A stretch of 64,000 nt of DNA from positions 6,433 through 70,432 of the forward strand of contig JAIPFP010000002.1 of NCBI GenBank assembly GCA_021736575.1, written 5' to 3'. Shown here piece by piece: positions 37,942-47,223 of the stretch. A model generated the notes under the pieces. That model was not told where the DNA came from. It ran no database searches and saw only the letters and a program-made list of their open reading frames with translations. This stretch comes from Pirellula sp. (GTDB lineage Bacteria; Planctomycetota; Planctomycetia; Pirellulales; Pirellulaceae). The translations under genes and the position numbers were made by a program. Numbering within the stretch: the first letter of the stretch is position 1; each line of letters begins with the position of its first letter.

Positions 37942-39534
37942 ATGACCAAGTTAACGCTGGCGATTGAAAAACACTTGCAACGCCGAATTGCCGAGCACGA
38001 TTTGAACCACTATCGCTTGCTGGGCATTTCGGAGGACGCACACGCGGATGAGATCAAGCGCGCCTTAAAAACAACGGCCGCCGCTTGGAATGCTTCCGAC
38101 ACAAAATCGAATCCGGAATCGGCACAACTGGTCGCCAAGCTTCTCAAGCAAGCCCAAACGACATTGCTGAACCCAGCTTCCAAGATCGAGTATGACAAGC
38201 AAATCGCGGCCGAATCTCTCGTTGCTGCAAACAACTTCTTTCCCGATCGAAATCCCTTTGAGTCATTCAACCCCGCAGCCTGTCTAGTCAGCGCAGCATC
38301 AGCCGACGCAAACGAAATTTGGGCTCACTCTCCAGGGAATGGCCAATTGCGATGGCGAGAGCTCCAGCGGTGCATCCCACCACTTTGCGAACTGGATTTG
38401 CTCGCTCCACTATCAACGGCAAAAACATTTACCAACCCAGGTTCTCGAGGTTCGCCTTCGCCTGCTATCGAACCAACACAGGCGTCCAATCGTCAGTCGA
38501 GTCTCGCTCGCATCGAACAGCTCAAACGTGCACGACGAAACAAGCAGAGATTGGTCTTAGCTGGTGTCTGTGCTATCGCGATTCTATTCCTGGGCTATTC
38601 CGGAGTGAGCTTTGCCTTAAATCGCAAACAAGTCGCTCAGCAACCCGCTCCAGGCCGAACAACCTCCGATCCAATCCCCTCAAATCTTGCGTCTGGTCCC
38701 AAGCCATTCAATGCGCCGAACAATTCAAAAGGTCGGTCGAACCAAGGATCTCCAGACTTTTCGTCCGGGCTGCCCAGCCTAACAAAAGAAACAAGCGATC
38801 CCGTTGAGACCCCGCCAGTCATGACGCCAGACATGCCCGACATGCCTGCCACGACTCCACCTGACACTCCACTGCCGGTAACTCCCCAGCCGGTAACTCC
38901 CCAGCCGGTAACTCCCTCGCCTGTAACTCAGCCGCCTGTAACTCAGCCGCCGGTAACTCAGCCAGCAATTCCAGCACCTGGTCCGGAAACGAACCCCAAC
39001 GCCATGTCCACCAAGAATTGGGCGTTGGCGATGACGAAATCCAGAGCAGCGCTCGACGCGGCGGACTTTGCTAATTTCCACCAACAAATGGAAATCGCGT
39101 TGCCGCTATCCTCGAACGACGAGATGCTTGCCAAGCGTGCGCGTTTGGATCAATTAGGGCAATTGTACGAGATCTTCACCAATTCGCTCGAGGAAGGAAA
39201 GACAAAGTTGAAACCAAACCACGTTCTCACGGTCGGAAAGAATAAGCTCAACATCGTCGAAATCAGCAGTTCGGAATTGACGATTCGCATCCAAGGTAAA
39301 AACGAGAAGTTCGCGTGGGATCGTTTACCGCCTGGAATCGCCCTGGCCATCGCTGACCAGACGCTTAGCCCGCAATCGCCGATCGACATTGCCGCTCGGG
39401 CGGTTTACTTTTCTCTTTCGCCGACCAGAAACGACATCTTTGACAAGAAAGTAAAGGACTGGTTCGAAAAATCGGTTGGGCAAGGTCAGGTTCGCGAGGA
39501 TTTACAAAAAGCTCTGACAGATCAATACGAATAA
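37942..39534 (+). CDS. J-domain-like membrane protein lacking the HPD motif, with a proline-rich PVTPQ repeat
   Basis: 530 aa. The N-terminus YRLLGISEDAHADEIKRALKTTAAAWNASDTKSNPE...LLNPASKIEYDKQI follows the J-domain pattern, but HPD is replaced by N-A-S-D. One TM segment (LVLAGVCAIAILFLGYSGVSFAL), then PVTPQPVTPQPVTPSPVTQPPVTQPPVTQP. Confidence 0.7.
   Translation: MTKLTLAIEKHLQRRIAEHDLNHYRLLGISEDAHADEIKRALKTTAAAWNASDTKSNPESAQLVAKLLKQAQTTLLNPASKIEYDKQIAAESLVAANNFFPDRNPFESFNPAACLVSAASADANEIWAHSPGNGQLRWRELQRCIPPLCELDLLAPLSTAKTFTNPGSRGSPSPAIEPTQASNRQSSLARIEQLKRARRNKQRLVLAGVCAIAILFLGYSGVSFALNRKQVAQQPAPGRTTSDPIPSNLASGPKPFNAPNNSKGRSNQGSPDFSSGLPSLTKETSDPVETPPVMTPDMPDMPATTPPDTPLPVTPQPVTPQPVTPSPVTQPPVTQPPVTQPAIPAPGPETNPNAMSTKNWALAMTKSRAALDAADFANFHQQMEIALPLSSNDEMLAKRARLDQLGQLYEIFTNSLEEGKTKLKPNHVLTVGKNKLNIVEISSSELTIRIQGKNEKFAWDRLPPGIALAIADQTLSPQSPIDIAARAVYFSLSPTRNDIFDKKVKDWFEKSVGQGQVREDLQKALTDQYE
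38875..38964. repeat. Six tandem 15-bp units (ccggtaactccccag-like) encoding the PVTPQ/PVTQP repeat
   Basis: Read directly: units at 38875, 38890, 38905, 38920, 38935 and 38950. In frame within 37942..39534. Confidence 0.9.
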
Positions 39535-39558
39535 CGTCAGCGTAGCCTGGGCTTTTAG

Positions 39559-40923
39559 CTAGGACGCAAGAAGCGTGCTAACAACTTTCCCTTGGCTCAA
39601 TACCAACGGTCGACCGATTGGGGTTTGAAGCTCTTTGGTAAAATCGACTCCAAAGGCGTGTAACAACGTCGCATGCAAGTCCTCCACTCGAACCGCATCT
39701 TGCACGCCCGTGAGAGGGTCTTTGCCGTTTTCGAGAAGCTCGTGTGTGGTTTGCCCATGAACATGACCTCGGCGAAATGGACCGCCTGCCAGAAGAGTAC
39801 TAAAGCCCGTTGGCCAATGGTCGCGGCCACCGGCTACGTTGATTCGCGGTGTTCGACCAAATTCGCCCGCGCACATCACAATCGTTTGGTCGAGAAGGTT
39901 GCGTTCGTCTAACTGCTCGATGAGGGCGTGTAGGGCTGCATCCAAGATCGCACAGCGATTGCTTTGCAGGGTATGGTTTTCCACATGCGAATCCCAACCG
40001 GACAATTCTACTTCGACGCATCGAACACCGTTTTCGATCAATCGGACCGCAGCCAAACACCCTCGCCCAAAGGGCGTATCCCCAAACGAGGACACGATCT
40101 TGGACGGCTCAAGTGCGATATCGAAAGCCTTGATCTGCTCGCTTGCCATCATCGTTGTGGCGCGTGAAGTCGATGACTCATGCAGCGTTTTGGTTTTGTC
40201 GAGATCGCGAATCCGTCCACGCCGAAACTCTTTCTCAAGCACTTCGTGGAGATCGCGAACTCGATTTTGAAAGACCTTAGGATCGGTGTAACTTTTTAAG
40301 TTGGGGAGCGGATTTCTTGGATCTCCAATCTTGAATGCATCAAGATCGCTTCCCATATAGCCTCCTCGCGATGGCCATTGGTCGCTCAGTATCGAGACGT
40401 GGCGTGGGATTTCGATATTGTTTTCCGACTGATGACAGATCACAGCTCCGATGGATGGATGGATCAATGTGGGGTCGGGCCTCCAACCCGTCTTCATGTT
40501 GTACGTCGCTCGCTCGTGGTCCCCTTCGCGAGAAATCATCGATCGAATGAGCGTAGCTTGATGCATGATTTCGGCTGTTCGAGGGAGCGAACTTGCAATT
40601 TGTAACCCAGCCGCCGATGTTCCGATGGCTTTGGTCTCGCCACCAATCATCGAACCAGCATGCGGATCGAACGTTTCAAGCTGGCTGGGCCCCCCTTGCA
40701 TCCAAAGTAGGATCAGACTCTTGGCAGAGATCTTATCAACCTGCTTCGATTCGGCGGCCAAGGCAAGTCGCTCCGCCAACCGCGTCAGCATGCCTTGACT
40801 TAGAAGCCCACCAGCAAGGGTTGCAGCCCCGTTCAGAAAACGCCGGCGATGAAACTGTCGCCAGGAGTCGCATCCGACGTTTTGTACTGCGGTAGGTATT
40901 CTGTCTGAATTTAGTGGTTCCAT
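39559..40923 (-). CDS. DUF1501 domain-containing protein (sulfatase-fold family, Tat-type signal)
   Basis: 454 aa. HRRRFLNGAATLAGG, LILLWMQGGPSQLETFDPH and GGRDHWP motifs. The start overlaps the upstream gene by 13 nt. Confidence 0.85.
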   Translation of the reverse strand: MEPLNSDRIPTAVQNVGCDSWRQFHRRRFLNGAATLAGGLLSQGMLTRLAERLALAAESKQVDKISAKSLILLWMQGGPSQLETFDPHAGSMIGGETKAIGTSAAGLQIASSLPRTAEIMHQATLIRSMISREGDHERATYNMKTGWRPDPTLIHPSIGAVICHQSENNIEIPRHVSILSDQWPSRGGYMGSDLDAFKIGDPRNPLPNLKSYTDPKVFQNRVRDLHEVLEKEFRRGRIRDLDKTKTLHESSTSRATTMMASEQIKAFDIALEPSKIVSSFGDTPFGRGCLAAVRLIENGVRCVEVELSGWDSHVENHTLQSNRCAILDAALHALIEQLDERNLLDQTIVMCAGEFGRTPRINVAGGRDHWPTGFSTLLAGGPFRRGHVHGQTTHELLENGKDPLTGVQDAVRVEDLHATLLHAFGVDFTKELQTPIGRPLVLSQGKVVSTLLAS

Positions 40924-42719
40924 TGGAATTCCGTGCTATTCATTAGTGCCCAAAAAATACTGCTCATTTCGGCCGACCTTGTAGGCCCTCGCGAATTGCC
41001 AAGTCGTGTTCCGAAAACACTGAGCTCCAACTCATTAGGAAGTCGATTCAATACCGACAAGTACGCCGTTTCGATGGCGGTACGGTCATCGGATGTCAAT
41101 TCGGCAATGCGTGTTGCGGCATTCATGACGGGATTATGCTTGATTCGTTCACTGACAAACGAACCGTTCATGACTAACAATCGCTGGGGAATCGTTACCG
41201 ACTGTTGGTTGAATTCGTCGTCACCTCGGTCGCCATATGCCTTGGTAAAGTCGTTGACGCCCGTAAACAATTCGAGCTGTGAAATGATGGAACTGTTTTC
41301 ATCGATGGCTTTGACCCTCGATGCTTGATGGATCGAAGCCGCAACTTGTTCGGGGCGGAGCTGGGTCAACGGAAAGATCGCCCAGTGCTGCTCGTAGCGT
41401 TCGTCGAGTTCCATTTCCTCGCTGGGGGATTCTTGGTCGATTCGCGAATCGCGATGATACACTTCGGTGCAAATAATTGTTCGGATTAGTCGTTTCAAGT
41501 TGTAGCCATTGGCGGCAAAGTCATCGGCTAAGCGTTCCAGGCCGGGCGGAAAGGGGCCTGAGAGGGGGATGCTATCGATAGGTTCTACCAACGGCTTCCC
41601 GAACAGGACGGCCCACATCCGATTGACGGTTGCTCTTGCGAAAGCTTTGTTTTCGGGGTGGGTCACCCAAACCGCCAACCGATGTCGGGCGTCTCCCGTT
41701 TCCGGCAACAGGTCGCGACGATACGGGACGGATGGTACAACCGCAGTCTCCGTCTCCTCGTTCAAATACTTTACGCGATATTCCTGATTCGAATTGCGAA
41801 GCCCAACGAACGGGTTCTCCAGCCTGATACCGGAGAAGAAGGCCGCCAATTGATGGAAGTCCGCTTGTTCTCCCATCCGCGAGCTAGGAGCTTCTGCGAC
41901 AGGGGCTTGTTCGTTCCCGGTTGCATTCGAATTTTCGCTGAAACTCACCTTGCCCAAGTAGTCTTGATGGCATTGCAAACAATCGATGCGCTGAGCCAAG
42001 AATGCACGCGAAGTGCGGCCAGCCAATCGGATGGCGTCCGGCTTTTTATTGTCCGCATCGTCCATGGTTGCGGTCAAGAAATTCACCTGTGGCGCATCGG
42101 TCCAGGAACCTTGTGCTTCAATGAGTTGTCGAGCGATGGCATCGTAGGGCGTACCTTTTTCGAATTGATCCGCCAACCAATCGACGTATTTGCGTCTTCG
42201 GAAAATCAAAAAGGGACCTTGATTGGTTCCCACGGTTGCCCGTGTCCAGCGTTCTGCCAAATAGTCCGCCGAACGGCGGTCTTGCAATAGATACTCTGTC
42301 CACCAATTCAAGCGTTGGGGCTCGGGGATTTGCCCGAGCACTCGCAATTCCTCTAGGGATAGACCGTTGCCGATCATTGCCAAACTGATGCGTCTTGCGA
42401 CGGTCCGCCAGTCCGCTGGTTGCGCTTTCACCAAATGCTGCTTTTCAATTTCTGAATCGATGGCCGCATCAATTTGTTGTGCCACAGCTTGGATCGTGGG
42501 ATCCAGAACGCCGGAAACGGACTCGGTCGATCGGGACAATTGAGTCCGGGGCGAAGTTTCCCAAAAAATAGCGGTGAGCAACGAAACCCCAACACCGATC
42601 GATAACGCCCGTTTCTTCCAAAGCGGGGGCTGTTTAATTGCATCCATCCGAAGCGGTGGTACAGCGACTGAATTCAGTAATGGAGGACTTAGTACAGGCG
42701 GTATGGGTTTTGGATTCAT
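40911..42719 (-). CDS. DUF1549/DUF1553 (PSCyt2/PSD1-like) protein without an N-terminal CxxCH cytochrome module
   Basis: 602 aa. N-terminal TM (ALSIGVGVSLLTAIFW), a DUF1549-like block IDAAIDSEIEK...WRTVARRISLAMIGNGLSLEEL, and CLQCHQD at the position of the DUF1553 CxxCH-like motif. Paired with the DUF1501 gene, as is typical in Planctomycetes. Confidence 0.7.
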   Translation of the reverse strand: MNPKPIPPVLSPPLLNSVAVPPLRMDAIKQPPLWKKRALSIGVGVSLLTAIFWETSPRTQLSRSTESVSGVLDPTIQAVAQQIDAAIDSEIEKQHLVKAQPADWRTVARRISLAMIGNGLSLEELRVLGQIPEPQRLNWWTEYLLQDRRSADYLAERWTRATVGTNQGPFLIFRRRKYVDWLADQFEKGTPYDAIARQLIEAQGSWTDAPQVNFLTATMDDADNKKPDAIRLAGRTSRAFLAQRIDCLQCHQDYLGKVSFSENSNATGNEQAPVAEAPSSRMGEQADFHQLAAFFSGIRLENPFVGLRNSNQEYRVKYLNEETETAVVPSVPYRRDLLPETGDARHRLAVWVTHPENKAFARATVNRMWAVLFGKPLVEPIDSIPLSGPFPPGLERLADDFAANGYNLKRLIRTIICTEVYHRDSRIDQESPSEEMELDERYEQHWAIFPLTQLRPEQVAASIHQASRVKAIDENSSIISQLELFTGVNDFTKAYGDRGDDEFNQQSVTIPQRLLVMNGSFVSERIKHNPVMNAATRIAELTSDDRTAIETAYLSVLNRLPNELELSVFGTRLGNSRGPTRSAEMSSIFWALMNSTEFQWNH

Positions 42720-42787
42720 CGCTTCTACAACCGTTCCGTGTTTTGCGTCTCAAGGCATCGCATCAGGGTTAATCGCTCGGTCCGATT

Positions 42788-44050
42788 CTACTTGAGGTCG
42801 AGGAAGACGACGCAGGATGGGTTACCGACGGGCGCGTAATGGCCTGTGAATTTGAGACTGCCGGTTGTGCGATTCACTTCGAAGATAGCGACGTTATCGG
42901 CTCGCTGATTGCAACAAGTCAGGAACCTCCCCGTCGGGTCGAAGCTGAAGCTGCGTGGGTAATTCCCTCGTGTCCATTCCTCTTCCAAAAAAGTCAGGTC
43001 GCCATTGGGACCAACCGCGAAAATCCCAATGCTATCGTGCAACCGATTCCCTGCATAAACAAATTTCCCATCGCTAGAAACCAAGATCTCAGAACAGAAA
43101 TTGCTACCAGCAAAACCAGGCGGGAGAGTCGAGATCGTCTGGCGCGATGCTAACTGCCCCGTTGCGGTATCGTAATCAAACAATACGATCGTCGACCCCT
43201 CTTCTTGAATCGAATAGAACCAGCGACCGTTGGGATGAAAATGGAAATGACGCGGTCCATCTCCAGCTGGCAACGAAACCGAGAATGGATCGTTCGGTGT
43301 TAGTACGCCCTTGTTTTCGTCGAACTTCCAAACGAAGATCAGATCCAAGCCCAAGTCGACATGAAGCACGAACCGACCCGTCGGATCGGCCTGAATCATG
43401 TGCGCGTGCGTTCGATCGTGACCGCTGAACGCAAAGCTACCAGGGGGCGCGTTGGTCGCTTTCGTTGGACCAAGTTTTCCCGCATCATTACGAATGTCCG
43501 TTGCGTCCCCTAAACGTCCATCGGATAGGATTGGTAGTACCGCCACCGAGCCGCCGAAATAGTTGGCGACAAACAAAAAACGCCCCGAGGGATGGATGCT
43601 GATATACGTAGGACCAGCCCCGCCGGCACTCACCGTGTTCCTCAACGTCAAATGCCCATCCGATCGATCGATGGCAAAGGCACTAACGGTTCCTTCTTTG
43701 TTCTCACCGACCCTGTCTGTTTCGTTGGCAGAATAGAGAGTTGAGCCGGATGCGTTGATTGCCAAGCAGCTAGGACTCGTACCCATTTCGTAAATGCCTG
43801 CCGCCGACATGGCTCCGCTCCTGCGATCGACCTGGAAGAGGTGAATGCCGCGCCCATTCCCAGGCGGTAGATCCACTTGCGTTGGCAACATGTCTCGCAG
43901 CGGAGAACTAAATGTTCCCACATAAGCCATGAGAGGGCCACCAGCTTGGTTCGATTGCGCCCGAAGCGAACCCGATAGCAGCGAGGCTGTCCCCACCCAA
44001 CCTAACGAGTTCGTGAGAAACGATCTTCTGGACCAATCAAAACTCATCAT
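42788..44050 (-). CDS. Lactonase family 7-bladed beta-propeller protein (6-phosphogluconolactonase-like), Tat signal
   Basis: 420 aa. SRRSFLTNSLGWVGTASLL is twin-arginine type. GPTYISIHPSGRFLFVANYFGGSVAVLPI and GPRHFHFHPNGRWFYS are typical of the PF10282-type lactonase family. ATGA overlap with the upstream gene. Confidence 0.8.
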   Translation of the reverse strand: MMSFDWSRRSFLTNSLGWVGTASLLSGSLRAQSNQAGGPLMAYVGTFSSPLRDMLPTQVDLPPGNGRGIHLFQVDRRSGAMSAAGIYEMGTSPSCLAINASGSTLYSANETDRVGENKEGTVSAFAIDRSDGHLTLRNTVSAGGAGPTYISIHPSGRFLFVANYFGGSVAVLPILSDGRLGDATDIRNDAGKLGPTKATNAPPGSFAFSGHDRTHAHMIQADPTGRFVLHVDLGLDLIFVWKFDENKGVLTPNDPFSVSLPAGDGPRHFHFHPNGRWFYSIQEEGSTIVLFDYDTATGQLASRQTISTLPPGFAGSNFCSEILVSSDGKFVYAGNRLHDSIGIFAVGPNGDLTFLEEEWTRGNYPRSFSFDPTGRFLTCCNQRADNVAIFEVNRTTGSLKFTGHYAPVGNPSCVVFLDLK

Positions 44051-45741
44051 GATTTTTCGTCTCCTGCTACTCTATCTGCCATCGCCCGATCGAATTCATC
44101 GACTTGACTTTGAAAATCCGCGACCTTCGAAACCAACGTGGGATAACGCTGGCCAGTCGCATCCAAGTGACTGGTCAAAAGTCGCTTTGCAACTTCGCGC
44201 TGCGACGGTTCGCTTTGACAGTATTCTCGGAATGAAACGTTCAGTTTCTTGATCAGTTCGTTCGGTGCGGAAGCGGATTCCAGATCCGAAATGATCTCGG
44301 TCAGCCTAAACGCCAACTTCATTTGACCGAATCGATCGCCCGGCAATGGTCCATCCAACATTGGACTCGACCAAGCCGATGCGAACTCGTCTTGCTCCGT
44401 TTCGCCGGCCGCCTCGCGAGCCTCGCGTTCCGCCCACTTGCGATCCATTTCACTAGACATCTCCGCCCATTCCGCTTGCTGCTCTTCCCATTCCTCGTAC
44501 GATTCGCGTGTTGAAAACGCAAACTCTTCGTCAAGTTCAAGATGATGGCCATCCAAAGAAGTAAAACCCACGCCGAACATCCCCGACGCCATCATGTTGC
44601 ACAGCGGGCAATCGCAATCCGGAATGTGTTGTTCCTGTTCTCGCCCCATCATGCCTGCAATGGACACACCTGCCCCGCGCGGCACACGGCGGCGGCTGCA
44701 TTCGATGATAAAGCTTGGTGGCGAACCACCTTCAAAAGGTTGTTGCAACCAATCATCGCGTACTGCTGATAAAAATGTACAAAGCTCCAAAATCAGTTGC
44801 GCTCTTTCATGGCTCAGTGACAACCGGGCTGCATCGACCTCTTTCTGACACCAAAACCATCCACCCCGGATGACTTCACGACATAGATCAAAGTAAATGA
44901 TCATTTCTTCGCGACCCATCGGTGCATCTTCATAACCGTCGACATCATCTGGTGCCGCAACCATCGGCGCACCATCCTCAAATCGCAATCGCTGCCCATC
45001 AATCACGCGGTCGCTCCAATCATGCGCACCGAACAACAAAACTCGCGGGGTTCGTCCCTGCAAATCTTGTCGCGGCGTCATCAACCAATCGCGGTGAACG
45101 TCGACGGTCAAACGATACAATGCGTTACTTGCCTCAGGATCGTCAACCTCCTGGGGCGATGACAATTCCCTCGGTAACAGTCCATCTCCAGCAACGCTAA
45201 TTATCCGCGAGGCGAGATAATCGATCATGGCCGATCCATATAGAAATTCGCGATTCGTTCGCGGAACAACGATAGGCATATCTCGCGGTTTTTTTACCAC
45301 ATACGGTTCGACCTGTTCCTTGAGTTCCCACCAAGGCGGCAAATGCACGCTCATCGGACAATGCTGATTGCCCTTCTCATCCGTCACCATTGCAAAGACG
45401 GCATCGCGATCGACTTTCATGACGTCTCGACCGGTACAAATTCGTTTCTGCACCAAATCAATGACGCACCAGCTTTCCTTTTCGTCGATTGCGTCGATTG
45501 CGCCGATTGCGGTCGCCCAATCGACCTCCTGCAATGGCAACCCGTCGGCGAACTCACTCATCTCTGGCGTTCGGTACCGTGGCCAATAGGAAACAATCTC
45601 GTCCCAGGAACTTGGATCCTCCGATGCAACCGCGATCAAAGTGACCGCCGAATCGGCATCCAAGCTGGCCGCTAAACGACAGCTTCGTTCGTCCAAAAGA
45701 ACAACAACAACCGGCAACTCTTCGAATTCGTGATCAGCCAT
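44047..45741 (-). CDS. Hypothetical 564-aa protein (no recognisable domain; acidic C-terminal half, CDCPLC motif)
   Basis: Long uninterrupted ORF. Its stop overlaps the lactonase start (ATGA at 44047-44050). I recognise no family. Confidence 0.75.
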   Translation of the reverse strand: MADHEFEELPVVVVLLDERSCRLAASLDADSAVTLIAVASEDPSSWDEIVSYWPRYRTPEMSEFADGLPLQEVDWATAIGAIDAIDEKESWCVIDLVQKRICTGRDVMKVDRDAVFAMVTDEKGNQHCPMSVHLPPWWELKEQVEPYVVKKPRDMPIVVPRTNREFLYGSAMIDYLASRIISVAGDGLLPRELSSPQEVDDPEASNALYRLTVDVHRDWLMTPRQDLQGRTPRVLLFGAHDWSDRVIDGQRLRFEDGAPMVAAPDDVDGYEDAPMGREEMIIYFDLCREVIRGGWFWCQKEVDAARLSLSHERAQLILELCTFLSAVRDDWLQQPFEGGSPPSFIIECSRRRVPRGAGVSIAGMMGREQEQHIPDCDCPLCNMMASGMFGVGFTSLDGHHLELDEEFAFSTRESYEEWEEQQAEWAEMSSEMDRKWAEREAREAAGETEQDEFASAWSSPMLDGPLPGDRFGQMKLAFRLTEIISDLESASAPNELIKKLNVSFREYCQSEPSQREVAKRLLTSHLDATGQRYPTLVSKVADFQSQVDEFDRAMADRVAGDEKS

Positions 45742-45827
45742 TCAACCTTTCCTTTCCTTCAGCGACGCACTTGATCTCCTGCCGCATTGTACAACAACGC
45801 GTTATCCGCCGTGCGTACGCAAGCTCC

Positions 45828-45886
45828 CGTGGGATAGGCTTCCAGCCTGTCATTTTCAGATTGACAGGTTGGCAGCCTATCCCACG
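45828..45886. repeat. 25-bp-arm imperfect palindrome (REP-like stem-loop) in the 186-bp gap between 45928 and 45741
   Basis: cgtgggataggcttccagcctgtca (45828-45852), loop ttttcagat, tgacaggttggcagcctatcccacg (45862-45886). 23 Watson-Crick pairs, 1 G-T and 1 mismatch, counted by hand. Confidence 0.85.
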
Positions 45887-45927
45887 AATTGATCAAGCAA
45901 CCCTCAAGCCTCGGTGAGCTTGCTTCC

Positions 45928-46476
45928 TTATTGCGACGCAACGGATGCTTGAATCTGACGAACGAGTTCTTGCGAAACCAAACCACTCAAGGCTAGATCC
46001 CGGATCAGTTTCGCGGCAAATTTCTCACGTGATCCTAGGGAAACATCTCCCGCCGCTTCCATTTGACGGTCACAACTGGCAACCACCTCGCCAAACTGCT
46101 TTTGATCGGGGAGCTGGCACATGGCCTTGATTACGATCTGCGAGGTGTTGGAAACCACCTCGTACAACTCCGATTCCGATTCAATCCTTTTCACGCGCTC
46201 CATCCAATAGGCGTTCCAAGCAATTCCACCCATCGAATAAATGCTGGCAACCATGGTTAGCATGCTCAGAACGCTCAGCGACAGAATGGTTCGTGCTGCG
46301 TCTCCCACCACCCTATTTGCCCAGAGGAGATAGACGCAAACGACCATCAGAGCCGCAGAGACGGTGAAAATCAGGGCTACCGTTCTTAATCGATGAAGCA
46401 AAATCCTAGCGGTGCTTCTGCCGCTGTTCACATGCATCGCAATTCTCAAAGACTCTTCTGCGGTAAGCGTACTCAT
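45928..46476 (-). CDS. Membrane protein co-transcribed with the ECF sigma factor (candidate anti-sigma factor)
   Basis: 182 aa with two hydrophobic helices (VALIFTVSAALMVVCVYLLW; ILSLSVLSMLTMVASIYSMGGIAW). ATGA overlap with the sigma gene. No zinc-finger anti-sigma motif was seen, so the function is positional inference. Confidence 0.55.
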   Translation of the reverse strand: MSTLTAEESLRIAMHVNSGRSTARILLHRLRTVALIFTVSAALMVVCVYLLWANRVVGDAARTILSLSVLSMLTMVASIYSMGGIAWNAYWMERVKRIESESELYEVVSNTSQIVIKAMCQLPDQKQFGEVVASCDRQMEAAGDVSLGSREKFAAKLIRDLALSGLVSQELVRQIQASVASQ

Positions 46477-47009
46477 TCTATTCCACTCCTGTCTTCGTAT
46501 TCCAAAACCTTTGCCTCGATGACCGCCAAAGCAAATCGCTTTAAACTCCTCACGGTCGTCGGCATGATACTCAAAGCCTTTGCAATGTTTGCCGACGTCT
46601 CGCCGGCACTAAAACGTTCGAGCACCTCGCGTTGTCGCGTAGGCAATTGCTCCACCGCATCACGAATAACCTGGTTCAACGGGCTAACCTGGTTCAACGG
46701 GCTCTCAACGAACTCGTTCGCAGAATCTCTCGACACCAAATCATCTCTCGACACCAAATCAGAACCGTCACCTAAAAAAAGAGGCATGCCGGCCAACTGG
46801 TCCAACGAGCGAAATCGAACTACCTTTTGTGCCCATCGCATCAAATGCACTTGATCCTCAAAAGTGGATAGTTTGGCAATCGCTTCGATGGCAACGTCCT
46901 GGACGATGTCTTCTGCCGTCGACTGATCGAGCCCGAACGACTTCGCCTTCCGAACAAGAACCCCAAAGAGCCGCTCCCACTCAATTGAAAACTCCGCTAA
47001 AGTAACCAC
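46473..47009 (-). CDS. ECF-type sigma-70 family RNA polymerase sigma factor
   Basis: 178 aa. Region-2-like STAEDIVQDVAIEAI...HLMRWAQKVVRFRSLDQL and region-4 HTH LPTRQREVLERFSAGETSANIAKALSIMPTTVRSLKRFAL. Confidence 0.8.
   Translation of the reverse strand: MVTLAEFSIEWERLFGVLVRKAKSFGLDQSTAEDIVQDVAIEAIAKLSTFEDQVHLMRWAQKVVRFRSLDQLAGMPLFLGDGSDLVSRDDLVSRDSANEFVESPLNQVSPLNQVIRDAVEQLPTRQREVLERFSAGETSANIAKALSIMPTTVRSLKRFALAVIEAKVLEYEDRSGIE
46667..46760. repeat. Two separate perfect 18-bp tandem duplications inside the sigma-factor linker
   Basis: taacctggttcaacgggc x2 (46667-46702, encodes SPLNQV x2) and atctctcgacaccaaatc x2 (46725-46760, encodes DLVSRD x2). Both are in frame. Confidence 0.9.
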
Positions 47010-47223
47010 GTTGATTTGACTTTTCTAGGCGGGAATCCCTAAATCATTGCACCTAAATCTAGTTGCTACCGGTGATTTTAGTGTGTAGAACCATGCTGGA
47101 TTGTCCGCTCCTAACTTATTTACTCGAAAGCGTGCAAAGCCAACAGGAAAATCTCCATTCTTTCTGTTGAACCCCGAAGCTGCCAGCCAGATCTCAGAAG
47201 AATTAGTGAACACGGTGTCGTTT

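Noticed and set aside
41658-42290. 210-aa plus-strand ORF, plus other plus-strand ORFs inside 39559-42719 and 47660-51625.
   Set aside because: They are antisense to well-supported DUF1501/DUF1549-1553 genes and have no recognisable motifs.
45759-45986. 75-aa minus-strand ORF in the gap between 45741 and 45928.
   Set aside because: It is simply the read-through translation of the 25-bp-arm palindrome (…DRLPTCQSENDRLEAYPT…). There is no independent coding evidence.
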